The notes below the pieces were generated by a model. The model did no database searches. It saw nothing but the letters and a program-made list of their open reading frames with translations, and was not told where the DNA came from. From Burkholderiales bacterium (lineage in GTDB: Bacteria > Pseudomonadota > Gammaproteobacteria > Burkholderiales > SG8-39), in contig CAXNGL010000003.1 in NCBI GenBank assembly GCA_964201515.1, forward strand, positions 1 through 38,078: a DNA stretch of 38,078 nt, read 5' to 3'. A program made the translations under genes and the position numbers. Within the stretch, counting starts at the first letter, position 1. Each line of letters opens with the position of its first letter. Positions 22,154 through 30,990 of the stretch are shown here, piece by piece.

Positions 22154-22759
22154 ATGGCCAGGGATTTCAAGACACGACTTCCGGAGAAAAAGGGCAGCGG
22201 GCTCCTGCTCGGCCTGTTTATCGGCTTCTTGCTTGGGCTGGGTGTCGCCGCCGGGATCGCGGTCTACGTCTTCAAGACGCCGATGCCCTTCGCCAACAAG
22301 ACCACCGCCCCGGTCAAGGCGGGCGACAAGCCCGCCCCCGGGGGGCTCACTGAATCCGGCAAGGCGGCCAAAGGCGAAGATGGCAAGCCGCGGTTTGACT
22401 TCTACCGCATCCTTCCCGGACAGGAAGAGCCGGTCACGGACAAGCAGCTCAAGGATGCGGCCAAGCAACCGACACCCGGGGTTCCCGGCGCCGCCGAGGC
22501 CTCCAAGGACATCTATTTCATCCAGGCGGGCGCATTCCAGAATCCGGCCGATGCGGACAACCGAAAGGCGCAGCTTGCGTTATTGGGACTGGAGGCGAGC
22601 GTGGAGCCCACCACGGTCCCGGAAAAAGGAACCTGGTACCGCGTGCGCCTGGGGCCGTTCTCGCAACTGGAGGAGATCAACCGGGTCCGCTCCCAACTGG
22701 CGCAAAATGGCATCGACGGCTCGCTGGTAAGGGTCAAGGATCCGACGCAGAAGAATTAG
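22154..22759 (+). CDS. SPOR domain cell division protein (FtsN-like)
   Basis: N-terminal TM helix, FDFYRILP and C-terminal SPOR domain (IQAGAF, WYRVRLGPF); conserved position after argS. Confidence 0.9.
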   Translation: MARDFKTRLPEKKGSGLLLGLFIGFLLGLGVAAGIAVYVFKTPMPFANKTTAPVKAGDKPAPGGLTESGKAAKGEDGKPRFDFYRILPGQEEPVTDKQLKDAAKQPTPGVPGAAEASKDIYFIQAGAFQNPADADNRKAQLALLGLEASVEPTTVPEKGTWYRVRLGPFSQLEEINRVRSQLAQNGIDGSLVRVKDPTQKN

Positions 22760-22807
22760 GCTTGGCCCATGGACAGACATACCATCCGGCATTTCAAGGA
22801 GCAACCC

Positions 22808-23464
22808 ATGTTGAAACGCATCAATACCTCACTGGCCGCCCTGTTATTCGCCGCATTGCTGGGACTCACAGCAATGGGCAGTGCGCTGGCGCAAGCCCCG
22901 GTCAAGGGCACCAACTACTTGGAGCTGAGCCCGCCGCAACCAACTGAAACCTCCGGCAAGATCGAAGTGATCGAATTCTTCTGGTACGGGTGTCCGCATT
23001 GCTATGCGCTGGAGCCCCTGATCGACCCGTGGATGAAGAAGTTGCCCAAGGATGCCGTATTCAAGCGCGTGCCGGCAGTATTCAACGAACAATGGGGCGT
23101 GGGCGCCCGCGTCTATTACGCGCTGGATGCCATCGGCGAGGAAGAGCGCGTTCGCGCCGCGTTGTTCGACGCCATCCACAAGGAAAACCTGCGCATCACC
23201 AGCGAATCGGCTGTCGAGGAGTGGCTGGGAAAGAAGGGCGTCAGCATCGACAAATACAAGGCTGCCTATAAGTCGTTCGGCGTCGAGTCCCGCCTTCGTC
23301 GCGCGACCCAGATGACGCAGTCCTATAAGATCGACGGTGTGCCCACGTTTGCAGTCCAGGGACGATTCGTTATCAGCGCAACGCTGAACAACGAGCCCCG
23401 GCAGTTGTTGTCGGTGACCGATTCCTTGGTGGGCGAAGCCCGCCGCGGCATAGCGAAGAAGTAG
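22808..23464 (+). CDS. dsbA: Thiol:disulfide interchange protein DsbA
   Basis: Signal peptide, EFFWYGCPHC and cis-Pro loop DGVP; SD AAGGAG before ATG 22808. Confidence 0.92.
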   Translation: MLKRINTSLAALLFAALLGLTAMGSALAQAPVKGTNYLELSPPQPTETSGKIEVIEFFWYGCPHCYALEPLIDPWMKKLPKDAVFKRVPAVFNEQWGVGARVYYALDAIGEEERVRAALFDAIHKENLRITSESAVEEWLGKKGVSIDKYKAAYKSFGVESRLRRATQMTQSYKIDGVPTFAVQGRFVISATLNNEPRQLLSVTDSLVGEARRGIAKK

Positions 23465-23508
23465 TCGGTTACGCTATGGCACTCGCTCCTGCGAGCGTTG
23501 TGCGGAAG

Positions 23509-24081
23509 TTACTCCGCACTCCCGGTAGCCAGCGTAATTACTGCCAGGGGCAAACCCGCGTCACGCCAGGACGCGATGCCGCCCCGATACCAGGAGACCC
23601 GGGTGTATCCGGCAGCCACCGCGCGCAGTGCGGCGTTGTAGGACAGCCAGCATTGCACGTTGACACAAAGAAACACCACGACGCGCGTCTTGTCCCCGCC
23701 GGTCAGCTTGGATATCAGATCCATGAACTGCGCCTGCAACGGGTCCACGAAACTCGTGCCGCGACCGGCGCCCGGAATCCAGATGGCTCCGGGCAATGTG
23801 GCATGGCCGTCGCCCGAGGCCACGTCCACCAGCAGCGGCCTGTTGCCTGGTTCACTTCCCGCGCCGGCCTCGACCAGTGCGCGCAGCTCGCGCGTTGCGA
23901 TGACCTTCGCCCCCGGGATACTCGAGGGCGTGGGTGCCGTGTAGGGCGCGCCGCGGATGCGTTCCTGGGGAGCAATGCCCCAATCGCGATCTTCTTCGGC
24001 AAAGCTTTGGGCAAGCGCGGGCCCGGCGTAGGTCGACACCCAAACCGCCATCAGGATTGCCGGGATTTGCAGTCTGCGCAT
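23509..24081 (-). CDS. Exported rhodanese-domain protein (related to PQQ-catabolism-associated CxxxCW rhodaneses)
   Basis: Signal peptide ending ALA-Q; APTPSSIPGA, LLVDV, LPGAIWIP, FLCVNVQCWLSYNAALRA and WYRGGIASW. SD GGAG before ATG 24081. Confidence 0.85.
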   Translation of the reverse strand: MRRLQIPAILMAVWVSTYAGPALAQSFAEEDRDWGIAPQERIRGAPYTAPTPSSIPGAKVIATRELRALVEAGAGSEPGNRPLLVDVASGDGHATLPGAIWIPGAGRGTSFVDPLQAQFMDLISKLTGGDKTRVVVFLCVNVQCWLSYNAALRAVAAGYTRVSWYRGGIASWRDAGLPLAVITLATGSAE

Positions 24082-24333
24082 GCCGTAGTTTCTCCAGCGC
24101 ACGATGAAAAATCAATCGGATGCATCAAATCGCGCGCAAAATCGGATCGTATCTTCGGTCGAAGTCGATTTGAGGGGGCACATCAACCCAAATTCCGCGA
24201 TACTGGCTGGTCGCAATAAAGACCTTGCAAACAATGCCTTGGCAATTGGCGCCGGCTGTGGCCTATCATCAGGACTGTCGGGCCGTTGCGGCAAACGGCA
24301 CGCCGTCACTCCCTAATTTCAATGGCGCTATCC

Positions 24334-24996
24334 ATGAGCCATATATTCCTTAACCGCACTTCCTTGGCGATTCGCTGGCTGGCGGTGGCGGTGCTGTGCT
24401 GCGCGGTGACCATGGTCCAGGCACAGGTCCAATATCAGGCCGGGCGCGAGTATGTGCGACTCGACCCCGCGCGCCCCGTGGCCACCGGCTCGCGCATTGA
24501 AGTCCTGGAGTTTTTCTACTATGGCTGCCCGATCTGCTACGAATTCCAGCCGCACCTGTCACGCTGGATCTTCCAGGCCCCGGACTACGTGTCGCTGCAA
24601 CGCATCCCGGTGCTGTCCTCGGAGAACTGGGAGCCCTTCGCCAAGATGTATTACGCCCTCGAGAGCCTGGGGGAAGTGGGCCGCCTGCACTGGCCGGTCT
24701 ACGACAACTTCCATTTTGATGGGGTCAAGTTGAATGAAGTGAAGGTGATGATCGATTGGGTGTCTCGCAACGGCGTCGACCGCGACAAGTTCATCGGCGC
24801 GCTCGAATCGGATGAAGTGAAGGCGCGACTCGAGCAATCGCGAGACCTGGTCAAGAACTATGAAGTTCGCGCGGTTCCAGCGGTCGTCGTCGATGGCAAA
24901 TACCTGACCTCGGCGCGCCTCGCGGGGGGCACGCGCCAGTTGGCCCTGGTGCTCGACTTCCTTGTCAAGATGGCAAGAACGCAACGGCCGAACTGA
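24334..24996 (+). CDS. Second DsbA/DsbL-family thiol:disulfide oxidoreductase
   Basis: Signal peptide, EFFYYGCPIC and RAVP cis-Pro loop followed by VVDGKY. Start could be 24322. Confidence 0.88.
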   Translation: MSHIFLNRTSLAIRWLAVAVLCCAVTMVQAQVQYQAGREYVRLDPARPVATGSRIEVLEFFYYGCPICYEFQPHLSRWIFQAPDYVSLQRIPVLSSENWEPFAKMYYALESLGEVGRLHWPVYDNFHFDGVKLNEVKVMIDWVSRNGVDRDKFIGALESDEVKARLEQSRDLVKNYEVRAVPAVVVDGKYLTSARLAGGTRQLALVLDFLVKMARTQRPN

Positions 24997-25084
24997 CTCC
25001 CGCAGGACGAGTGAGCCGATGCCGTGCAAATTCCGTTAGGGCATCTCAGTGTGAGCCGCAGCGGCACGTGAGGAGCCCACCAGC

Positions 25085-25867
25085 ATGATCATTTTTATCA
25101 CCGGCGCGTCATCAGGCTTGGGCGCGGCGCTCGCCCGGCACTATGCCGCAACTCTGGGGACGGAAGCGGTGATCGGGCTGGCCGGGCGCGATGTGACGCG
25201 CCTGGAAGCGGTGGCGCTCAGCCTGGCGCCCGCACGCGGAGCCATTTACCCGTTCGATATCCGCGACCGCAATGCGCTGAAGACCGCCGCACACGATTTC
25301 GTGTCGCGGTTTGGCGCACCGGATCTGGTCATCGCCAACGCCGGCATCTCGGCCGGTACGCGTGGGGATGACGGCAATGATCTGGACATCCTCGCCGATA
25401 TCCTCGCGGCCAACGTCACCGGACTTGCCGCCACCTTGCAGGCCTTCATCCCGTCCATGCGCGCGCGTGGCGGCGTGCTGGCAGGCATCGCCAGCGTGGC
25501 GGGCATCCGCGGCATTCCCGGCTCTGGCGCCTACAGTGCCTCCAAAGCGGCGGCCATCAACTGGCTGGAAGCACTGCGCGTCGAGCTTCGCGGCAGCGGC
25601 TTGCGCGTCGTGACGGTATGCCCGGGCTATATCGACACACCGATGACCGAGCGCAACGGATTTGGCATGCCCTTCCTGTTGCCGGCCGGCACTGCCGCTG
25701 CCCGAATCGCGCGCGCCATCGCATCGGGTCGGGCACTGGTCGTGGTTCCCTGGCAAATGCACCTCGCGTCCTGGCTGCTGCGCCTGCTGCCCGCGTGGCT
25801 CTTCGACCGCGCATTCGAGCGCGCCCCGCGCAAGCCGCGCGGGCTGGCCAAGGGGCCATCCCGTTGA
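25085..25867 (+). CDS. SDR family oxidoreductase
   Basis: ITGASSGLG, NAG, YSASK and PGYIDTPMT; the usual neighbour of dsbA in betaproteobacteria. Confidence 0.92.
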   Translation: MIIFITGASSGLGAALARHYAATLGTEAVIGLAGRDVTRLEAVALSLAPARGAIYPFDIRDRNALKTAAHDFVSRFGAPDLVIANAGISAGTRGDDGNDLDILADILAANVTGLAATLQAFIPSMRARGGVLAGIASVAGIRGIPGSGAYSASKAAAINWLEALRVELRGSGLRVVTVCPGYIDTPMTERNGFGMPFLLPAGTAAARIARAIASGRALVVVPWQMHLASWLLRLLPAWLFDRAFERAPRKPRGLAKGPSR

Positions 25868-26673
25868 GCGCGTTCATTGACGCACTCGGAACCCGTCACC
25901 CGCGCGCCGGCGTCGATGCGCGCATCGTGTCGCTGGTGCCCTCGATCACCGAACTCGTGTGCGACCTCGGCCTGGCCGGGCAGCTGGTAGGGCGGACGGG
26001 ATTTTGCATCCATCCCCGCGACGCTGTGCGGGCGATTCCCAAGGTGGGCGGCACCAAGGACGTGGACCTCGACCACGTGCGCCAGCTGGCACCCACGCAC
26101 GTGATCCTGAACCTGGACGAAAATCGAAAGGAGACGGCGGATGCGCTGGCCGCGTTCGTGCCCCACTTGCTGGTCACCCACCCTCTCGCGCCGCAGGACA
26201 ATCCGCCGCTCTACCGGCTGATCGGCGGCGTGTTCGGACGCGAGGCCGAGACCGAAGCACTCTGCAGCCGGTTCGATGCCGCATTCGCCGCAACCGCCGC
26301 AGTGCTGTCCGGCGTACCGCGCCGGCGCACGCTCTACCTCATCTGGAAGAAACCGTGGATGACGGTATCGCCTGACACCTACATCGCGCGCACGCTTGCG
26401 CTGGCAGCGCTGGACTGCGTTGCCGCGGGTTCCGGCGAGCGCTACCCCAAGGTCGAACTGGATTCCGACTTGCTTGCACGAACGGACGTCGTTCTACTTT
26501 CGTCAGAACCCTACAGTTTTCGCCAGCGCGACGTCGATGCGATGCGCGCCATGCCGGAGATGGCTGGTATCAAAGTGGCACTGGTGGACGGGGAGATGAC
26601 CTCCTGGTACGGGAGCCGCGCCATCGAGGGCATCGCGTCGTTGCCACGATTGCGGGCCGCTCTGGACGCATGA
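25864..26673 (+). CDS. Helical-backbone metal receptor (BtuF/TroA-like), no signal peptide
   Basis: RIVSLVPSITE, LVGRTGFCIHP, KVGGTKD, LLSSEPYSF and VDGEMTSWYGSR. TTG start overlaps the SDR stop (TTGA). Confidence 0.82.
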   Translation: MSAFIDALGTRHPRAGVDARIVSLVPSITELVCDLGLAGQLVGRTGFCIHPRDAVRAIPKVGGTKDVDLDHVRQLAPTHVILNLDENRKETADALAAFVPHLLVTHPLAPQDNPPLYRLIGGVFGREAETEALCSRFDAAFAATAAVLSGVPRRRTLYLIWKKPWMTVSPDTYIARTLALAALDCVAAGSGERYPKVELDSDLLARTDVVLLSSEPYSFRQRDVDAMRAMPEMAGIKVALVDGEMTSWYGSRAIEGIASLPRLRAALDA

Positions 26674-26684
26674 CTCCCGCACGG

Positions 26685-26700
26685 GCGCCCCTTGGGGCGC
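26685..26700. terminator. GC hairpin between convergent genes (possible terminator)
   Basis: GCGCCC-CTTG-GGGCGC, with only a weak T-tract on the plus strand. Confidence 0.4.
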
Positions 26701-26701
26701 G

Positions 26702-28585
26702 CTATTTCTTGCGAGCGGGGCCCAGCCGCACGCTGACGTAGCTCCCGGGCGCATCCTCGATGATCTTCAATTTGCCGTCACCGGGCTTGCGCGCCGGCAC
26801 GCGCTCATCGCCATTCAGTCCGCCGATCCATGCCTGCCAGTCCGGCCACCAGGAACCCTTGTGCCATTGCGCCTTCTCCTGCCACGCCTCTGGCGTAGCC
26901 GGCAATCCGGGATCGGTCCAGTAGCCGTATTTCTCGGCCACCGGCGGGTTCACCACACCCGCAATGTGCCCCGATCCGCCCAACACGAAGCGCGTCTTGG
27001 TGCCATCGCCAAGCAATCTCGCGCCGATGTATGTCGATTTCCATGGCGCGATATGGTCTTCGGCCGTGGAAATGAAATAGGCCGGTGCGTCAGCCTTGGC
27101 CAGGTCGATGGGGACGCCGCCCAGCGTGACGCCGCCCGGGTCCTTCAGCGCATTCTTCAGGTACATGCTGCGCAGGTAGAAGCTGTGCATGCGCGCCGGC
27201 ATGCGCGTGGAGTCGGAATTCCAGTACAGCAGGTCGAACGGAAAAGGCTCCTTGCCCAGCAGGTAATTGTTGATCACGAACGACCAGATCAGGTCGTTGG
27301 AGCGCAGCATGTTGAAGGAGGCGGCCATCTCCGAGCCCTCGAGGAAGCCGCGCTCGTGCATGCGTCGCTCGACATTGGCAATCTGCTCTTCGTCGATGAA
27401 CACGCCCAGCTCCCCAGGCACCGAGAAGTCGAGCATCGACACGAAGAACGTGGCGCTGGCGATTCGCTTGTCACCCTTGGCCGCCATGTAGGCCAGCGTC
27501 GAGGCAAGCAGGGTGCCGCCAAGGCAGTAGCCGATGACATTGACCTCCTTCTCACCGGTGGCGCGCTCGATCGCATCCAGCATGGCCAGTGGACCTTCGA
27601 ACATGTAGTCCTCGAAAGTCTTGTCCGCGTGCCGCTCGTCCGGATTGATCCAGGACACGACAAATACCGTGTGCCCCTGCTCCACCGCCCAGCGGATGAA
27701 GGAATTCTTCTCGCGCAGGTCGAGGATGTAGTACTTGTTGATCCACGGCGGCATGATCAGCAGCGGGCGTCGATAGACGTCCCTGGTCAGCGGCGCATAC
27801 TGGATCAACTGCGCCAGGTCGTTCTGGAACACCACCTTGCCGGGGGTTGTCGCCACGTTCACCCCGAGCTTGAAGGCAGTCTCGTCGGTCATGCTGATGC
27901 GCAGCTCGCCGTCGCCACGTTCCAGGTCGGCGAGCAGGTTGTTCAGGCCCTTGACCAGATTCTGGCCGCCCGACTGCACCGTCTCGCGCAGCACATTGGG
28001 GTTGGTCAGCGCGAAGTTGGATGGTGACAGCGCATCGATGTACTGGCGGGTGTAGAAGTCCACCTTGCGGCGCGTTTCCTCGGGCAGTCCCTCCACGTTC
28101 GACACGGACGCGTGAATGTGGCGCCCGGCGATCAGGTAGGACTGCTTCAGGTAGTCGAACAGGAAGTGGTTCTGCCAGTCATCATCACGAAAGCGATTGT
28201 CACCCTTGCGGGGTGTTGCCATGGGCTCCACCGGCTGGCCCAGCATGCGCATCCAGGTATTGCCCGACAGCGCCGTGTAATCCCAGAACATCTTCGCCTG
28301 CGTTTCGGCCACACTCCAGGGATTGGCCAGCAGGTTGGCCCACAGGTCCATGAACGCCTTGGCGACGCCGAGCTCATCGCCGGGAGTACCGGAGCCCCCG
28401 GTCGCAACGCCGGCGCCCTGCTTCCTCATGTATTCCTCCAGCAGCGCACCCGACCGGCGCGCAACGTCGGACAGGACTTTGGCCATCTCCGCAGGATCGG
28501 CCGCGCCCATTGCTCCGGCCAAATCCGCAGCCTTGGTCCCGGTGTCGGGGGCTGCCTTGCCGCCCGCGCGTGCTTTCTCGCTCAT
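26702..28585 (-). CDS. phaC: Class I poly(R)-hydroxyalkanoate synthase
   Basis: SPSNFALTNP, PPWINKYYILDL, lipase box GYCLGG, EDHIAPW, GSGHIAG, GSWWPDW and APGSYV. Confidence 0.96.
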   Translation of the reverse strand: MSEKARAGGKAAPDTGTKAADLAGAMGAADPAEMAKVLSDVARRSGALLEEYMRKQGAGVATGGSGTPGDELGVAKAFMDLWANLLANPWSVAETQAKMFWDYTALSGNTWMRMLGQPVEPMATPRKGDNRFRDDDWQNHFLFDYLKQSYLIAGRHIHASVSNVEGLPEETRRKVDFYTRQYIDALSPSNFALTNPNVLRETVQSGGQNLVKGLNNLLADLERGDGELRISMTDETAFKLGVNVATTPGKVVFQNDLAQLIQYAPLTRDVYRRPLLIMPPWINKYYILDLREKNSFIRWAVEQGHTVFVVSWINPDERHADKTFEDYMFEGPLAMLDAIERATGEKEVNVIGYCLGGTLLASTLAYMAAKGDKRIASATFFVSMLDFSVPGELGVFIDEEQIANVERRMHERGFLEGSEMAASFNMLRSNDLIWSFVINNYLLGKEPFPFDLLYWNSDSTRMPARMHSFYLRSMYLKNALKDPGGVTLGGVPIDLAKADAPAYFISTAEDHIAPWKSTYIGARLLGDGTKTRFVLGGSGHIAGVVNPPVAEKYGYWTDPGLPATPEAWQEKAQWHKGSWWPDWQAWIGGLNGDERVPARKPGDGKLKIIEDAPGSYVSVRLGPARKK

Positions 28586-28744
28586 GCTCAGTCTCCTGAG
28601 AGCAACTAATGGAGTTCCGTTGGGCGCTCCGATTCAGGGGAGCGCCAAGAGCTCAGTTGCCAATGACGTACCCTCGCATTGCCAGGCACTCCTCCCCCGA
28701 TCGGCGCGCGTCATGCGCGCGGATTCACTTTCCGCCTGCGCCGG

Positions 28745-29839
28745 TTACTGCGCTCGCTTGGCCACAAAGCGGATGACACCGTCGCCGCCGTTCGTGCGTT
28801 CGACCCGCCCTGCTTCAAAAAGGTAGTGCAGGTGCGCCATGGCCTCGCCCATCGCGATTCCCACGGTGTGCGTATCGAGCTTACGCCTGAAAAGTACCGG
28901 CAATATGTCAGCGGCCGATTTCGGGTCTGCGCAGGCCAGCACCAGCTCGTCGAGGCGCTCCTGGTGATGCGCCTGGAGAAAAGCCATGCGCCCGTGCAAG
29001 CCACGAAAGGGCAGGCCGTGCGCCGGCAGGACCAGCGTATCGGCAGGAAACTGGGCGTGTCGGGTCAACGAATCGATGAAAAGCTTGAGCGGATTGCCGT
29101 TCGGCTCGGTGGCCTGGACACTCACATTGGTGGTGATGCGCGGCAACACCATGTCACCCGCGATCATCACCCGCAACTCGTCGCAGTACAGCGTCGCATG
29201 CTCGGGCGAATGGCCGTAGCCGGACACCACCTGCCAGCGCCGCCCGCCGACGCTCACTTCATCGCCATCGAGCATGCGACGATAGCTGGGCGGAAAACCC
29301 ACCACGGTACGCCGGTAATTGTTGCGCATTTCCAGCAGGTCGTCGGCGACCGCTTTTTGCAGGCCGTTCTCCAGGTACATCCGGTACATGTGTTCGGGCT
29401 CGTGGCTTGCCACCTCGCCATGCACCGAATGCGCGGCATAGAACTCGCCGTTCGACATCCACAGCTCGCAGCCGAAACGCGCGGTCAGCCATCCGGCAAG
29501 ACTGGCATGGTCGCTGTGGTAATGCGTGCAGATCAAGCGGCTCGCGCTTCGCCCGGCAAATTGGCCAGCGAGAATCTGCGTCCACAGCCCGCGCGTTGTA
29601 TCGTCGGCAAACCCGGTGTCCACGAACGCAAAGTCCTTGCCGTCCTCCAGTAACCACAGGTTGATGTGGTCCAGGGTCGGAAACGGCAGCGGCATGCGCA
29701 GCCAGTGCACGCCAGGGGCGACTTCCTGCGTGGTGCCGACCGCAACCGCATTGGCCCAGGGATAGACCGGCGACGGATCGCTGGGGGGACGCTGCAGATG
29801 AGGGTCGGACTGGGGCGGTTTGGTTTGTGGCTGGTTCAT
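28745..29839 (-). CDS. MBL-fold metallo-hydrolase
   Basis: LRMPLPF, VDTG, THYHSDH, GHSPEH, GDMVLP and LPAHG. Start 29839 preferred (29893 is an alternative). Confidence 0.9.
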   Translation of the reverse strand: MNQPQTKPPQSDPHLQRPPSDPSPVYPWANAVAVGTTQEVAPGVHWLRMPLPFPTLDHINLWLLEDGKDFAFVDTGFADDTTRGLWTQILAGQFAGRSASRLICTHYHSDHASLAGWLTARFGCELWMSNGEFYAAHSVHGEVASHEPEHMYRMYLENGLQKAVADDLLEMRNNYRRTVVGFPPSYRRMLDGDEVSVGGRRWQVVSGYGHSPEHATLYCDELRVMIAGDMVLPRITTNVSVQATEPNGNPLKLFIDSLTRHAQFPADTLVLPAHGLPFRGLHGRMAFLQAHHQERLDELVLACADPKSAADILPVLFRRKLDTHTVGIAMGEAMAHLHYLFEAGRVERTNGGDGVIRFVAKRAQ

Positions 29840-29981
29840 CTGGCGTTGTCCCTGTGAGCGCGGGGCTGACGTCCCGCGCGTAAAATTACTCACGCCCGCA
29901 GCGTGGCATGCGCGTCGATTTTCCCACTTTGGCCGTTCCGGCGCACCTGATTGCAGGTGATTGCACCCGGAACAGTCATAT

Positions 29982-30037
29982 GGTGGTCTACCGCGGGTGG
30001 TCTACCGCGGGTGGTCTACGGCGGCTGGTCTACGGCG
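29982..30037. repeat. Tandem repeat, 4 x 14 bp
   Basis: GGTGGTCTACCGCG GGTGGTCTACCGCG GGTGGTCTACGGCG GCTGGTCTACGGCG. Confidence 0.93.
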
Positions 30038-30159
30038 AAAGGTGACAAACCGCGGTCCATGCGCCATTATCCGCGCTGCCCCTGCCCTGTCCAACGCCTC
30101 AGCCGACAGCCTCAAACTGCGGTCCCTGCAATTGCAGCAGCATCAGACAAGGAAATGAA

Positions 30160-30966
30160 ATGCCCCTGCTTTCGCTCGCTCACATGTGCGTGCTGGAACT
30201 GACGCCGCCCGACATGGTTACCGCCGCGGCCGAGGCCGGGTTTTCCGGCATCAACCTCAGGCTCAGCCCGGCCCGTGAAACCGACCCCCTCTATCCCATG
30301 ATCGGCGACACGCCGATGATGCGCGAGACGCTCAAGCGCCTGGATGACACCGGGATCAAGGTCCTCGACATCGAAGTGCTGTGGCTGCGCCCCGACACCA
30401 AGCCCGGCGCCTACAAGGGCGTACTGGAAGCTGCGGCGCAGCTGGGCACGCGCCAGGTCCTGGCCGCGGGCCTCGACCCGGACCTCGCGCGCGCCGCCGA
30501 CACCTTTGCCCAGTTCTGCGTCGAGGCCCAGCCCTTCGGCCTGAACATCAACCTCGAATACATGGTGATCTCGGAAGTCAAGTCGCTTGCGCAAGCGCGC
30601 AAGCTGGTTGCCGATGCCGGCCAGCCCAACAGCGGCATCCTCATCGACGCCCTGCACATCAATCGTGCCGGGACCCTGCTCGAGGACATTGCCCGCATCG
30701 ATCCCTCGCTGCTGCGCTACATGCAGTTGTGCGACGCACCGGCCCAGGCCCCCGACAGCATGGACGGTTTGCGCTTCGAGGCGCGCCACAACCGGCTGCC
30801 GGCCGGTGAGGGCGGCCTGCCCTTGCGCGCCCTCATGGCCACGCTGCCGCAGACCATCGACATCAGCGTCGAGACGCCGCTGGGTGGGGAACGCGGCAAG
30901 CTGCCGGCAACCCAGCGTGCCGAGATCCTGTTCGACACGGCGCAGCGCTTTCTCGCCGGCGCTTGA
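30160..30966 (+). CDS. Sugar phosphate isomerase/epimerase (AP-endonuclease-2/xylose-isomerase-like TIM barrel)
   Basis: AAAEAGFSGINLRL, NLEY, LIDALH, MQLCD, RLPAGEGGLPL and SVETP metal-ligand pattern. Confidence 0.85.
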   Translation: MPLLSLAHMCVLELTPPDMVTAAAEAGFSGINLRLSPARETDPLYPMIGDTPMMRETLKRLDDTGIKVLDIEVLWLRPDTKPGAYKGVLEAAAQLGTRQVLAAGLDPDLARAADTFAQFCVEAQPFGLNINLEYMVISEVKSLAQARKLVADAGQPNSGILIDALHINRAGTLLEDIARIDPSLLRYMQLCDAPAQAPDSMDGLRFEARHNRLPAGEGGLPLRALMATLPQTIDISVETPLGGERGKLPATQRAEILFDTAQRFLAGA

Positions 30967-30990
30967 CCAAAAGCAGCGACCCCCATCGAC

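Noticed and set aside
24114-24173. 8-bp direct (AATCGGAT) and inverted (TCAAATCG/CGATTTGA) repeats in the rhodanese-dsbA2 gap; possible FNR site
   Set aside because: Too short to separate from chance, and the spacing does not fit TTGAT-N4-ATCAA.
29865-29885. Possible LiuR operator CTGACGTCCCGCGCGTAAA
   Set aside because: Half-sites resemble TTKACG/CGTMAA, but the spacer is 7 nt rather than 4.
29982-30037. Possible mini-CRISPR or iteron array
   Set aside because: The units are contiguous 14-mers with no spacers, and no cas or rep gene is nearby.
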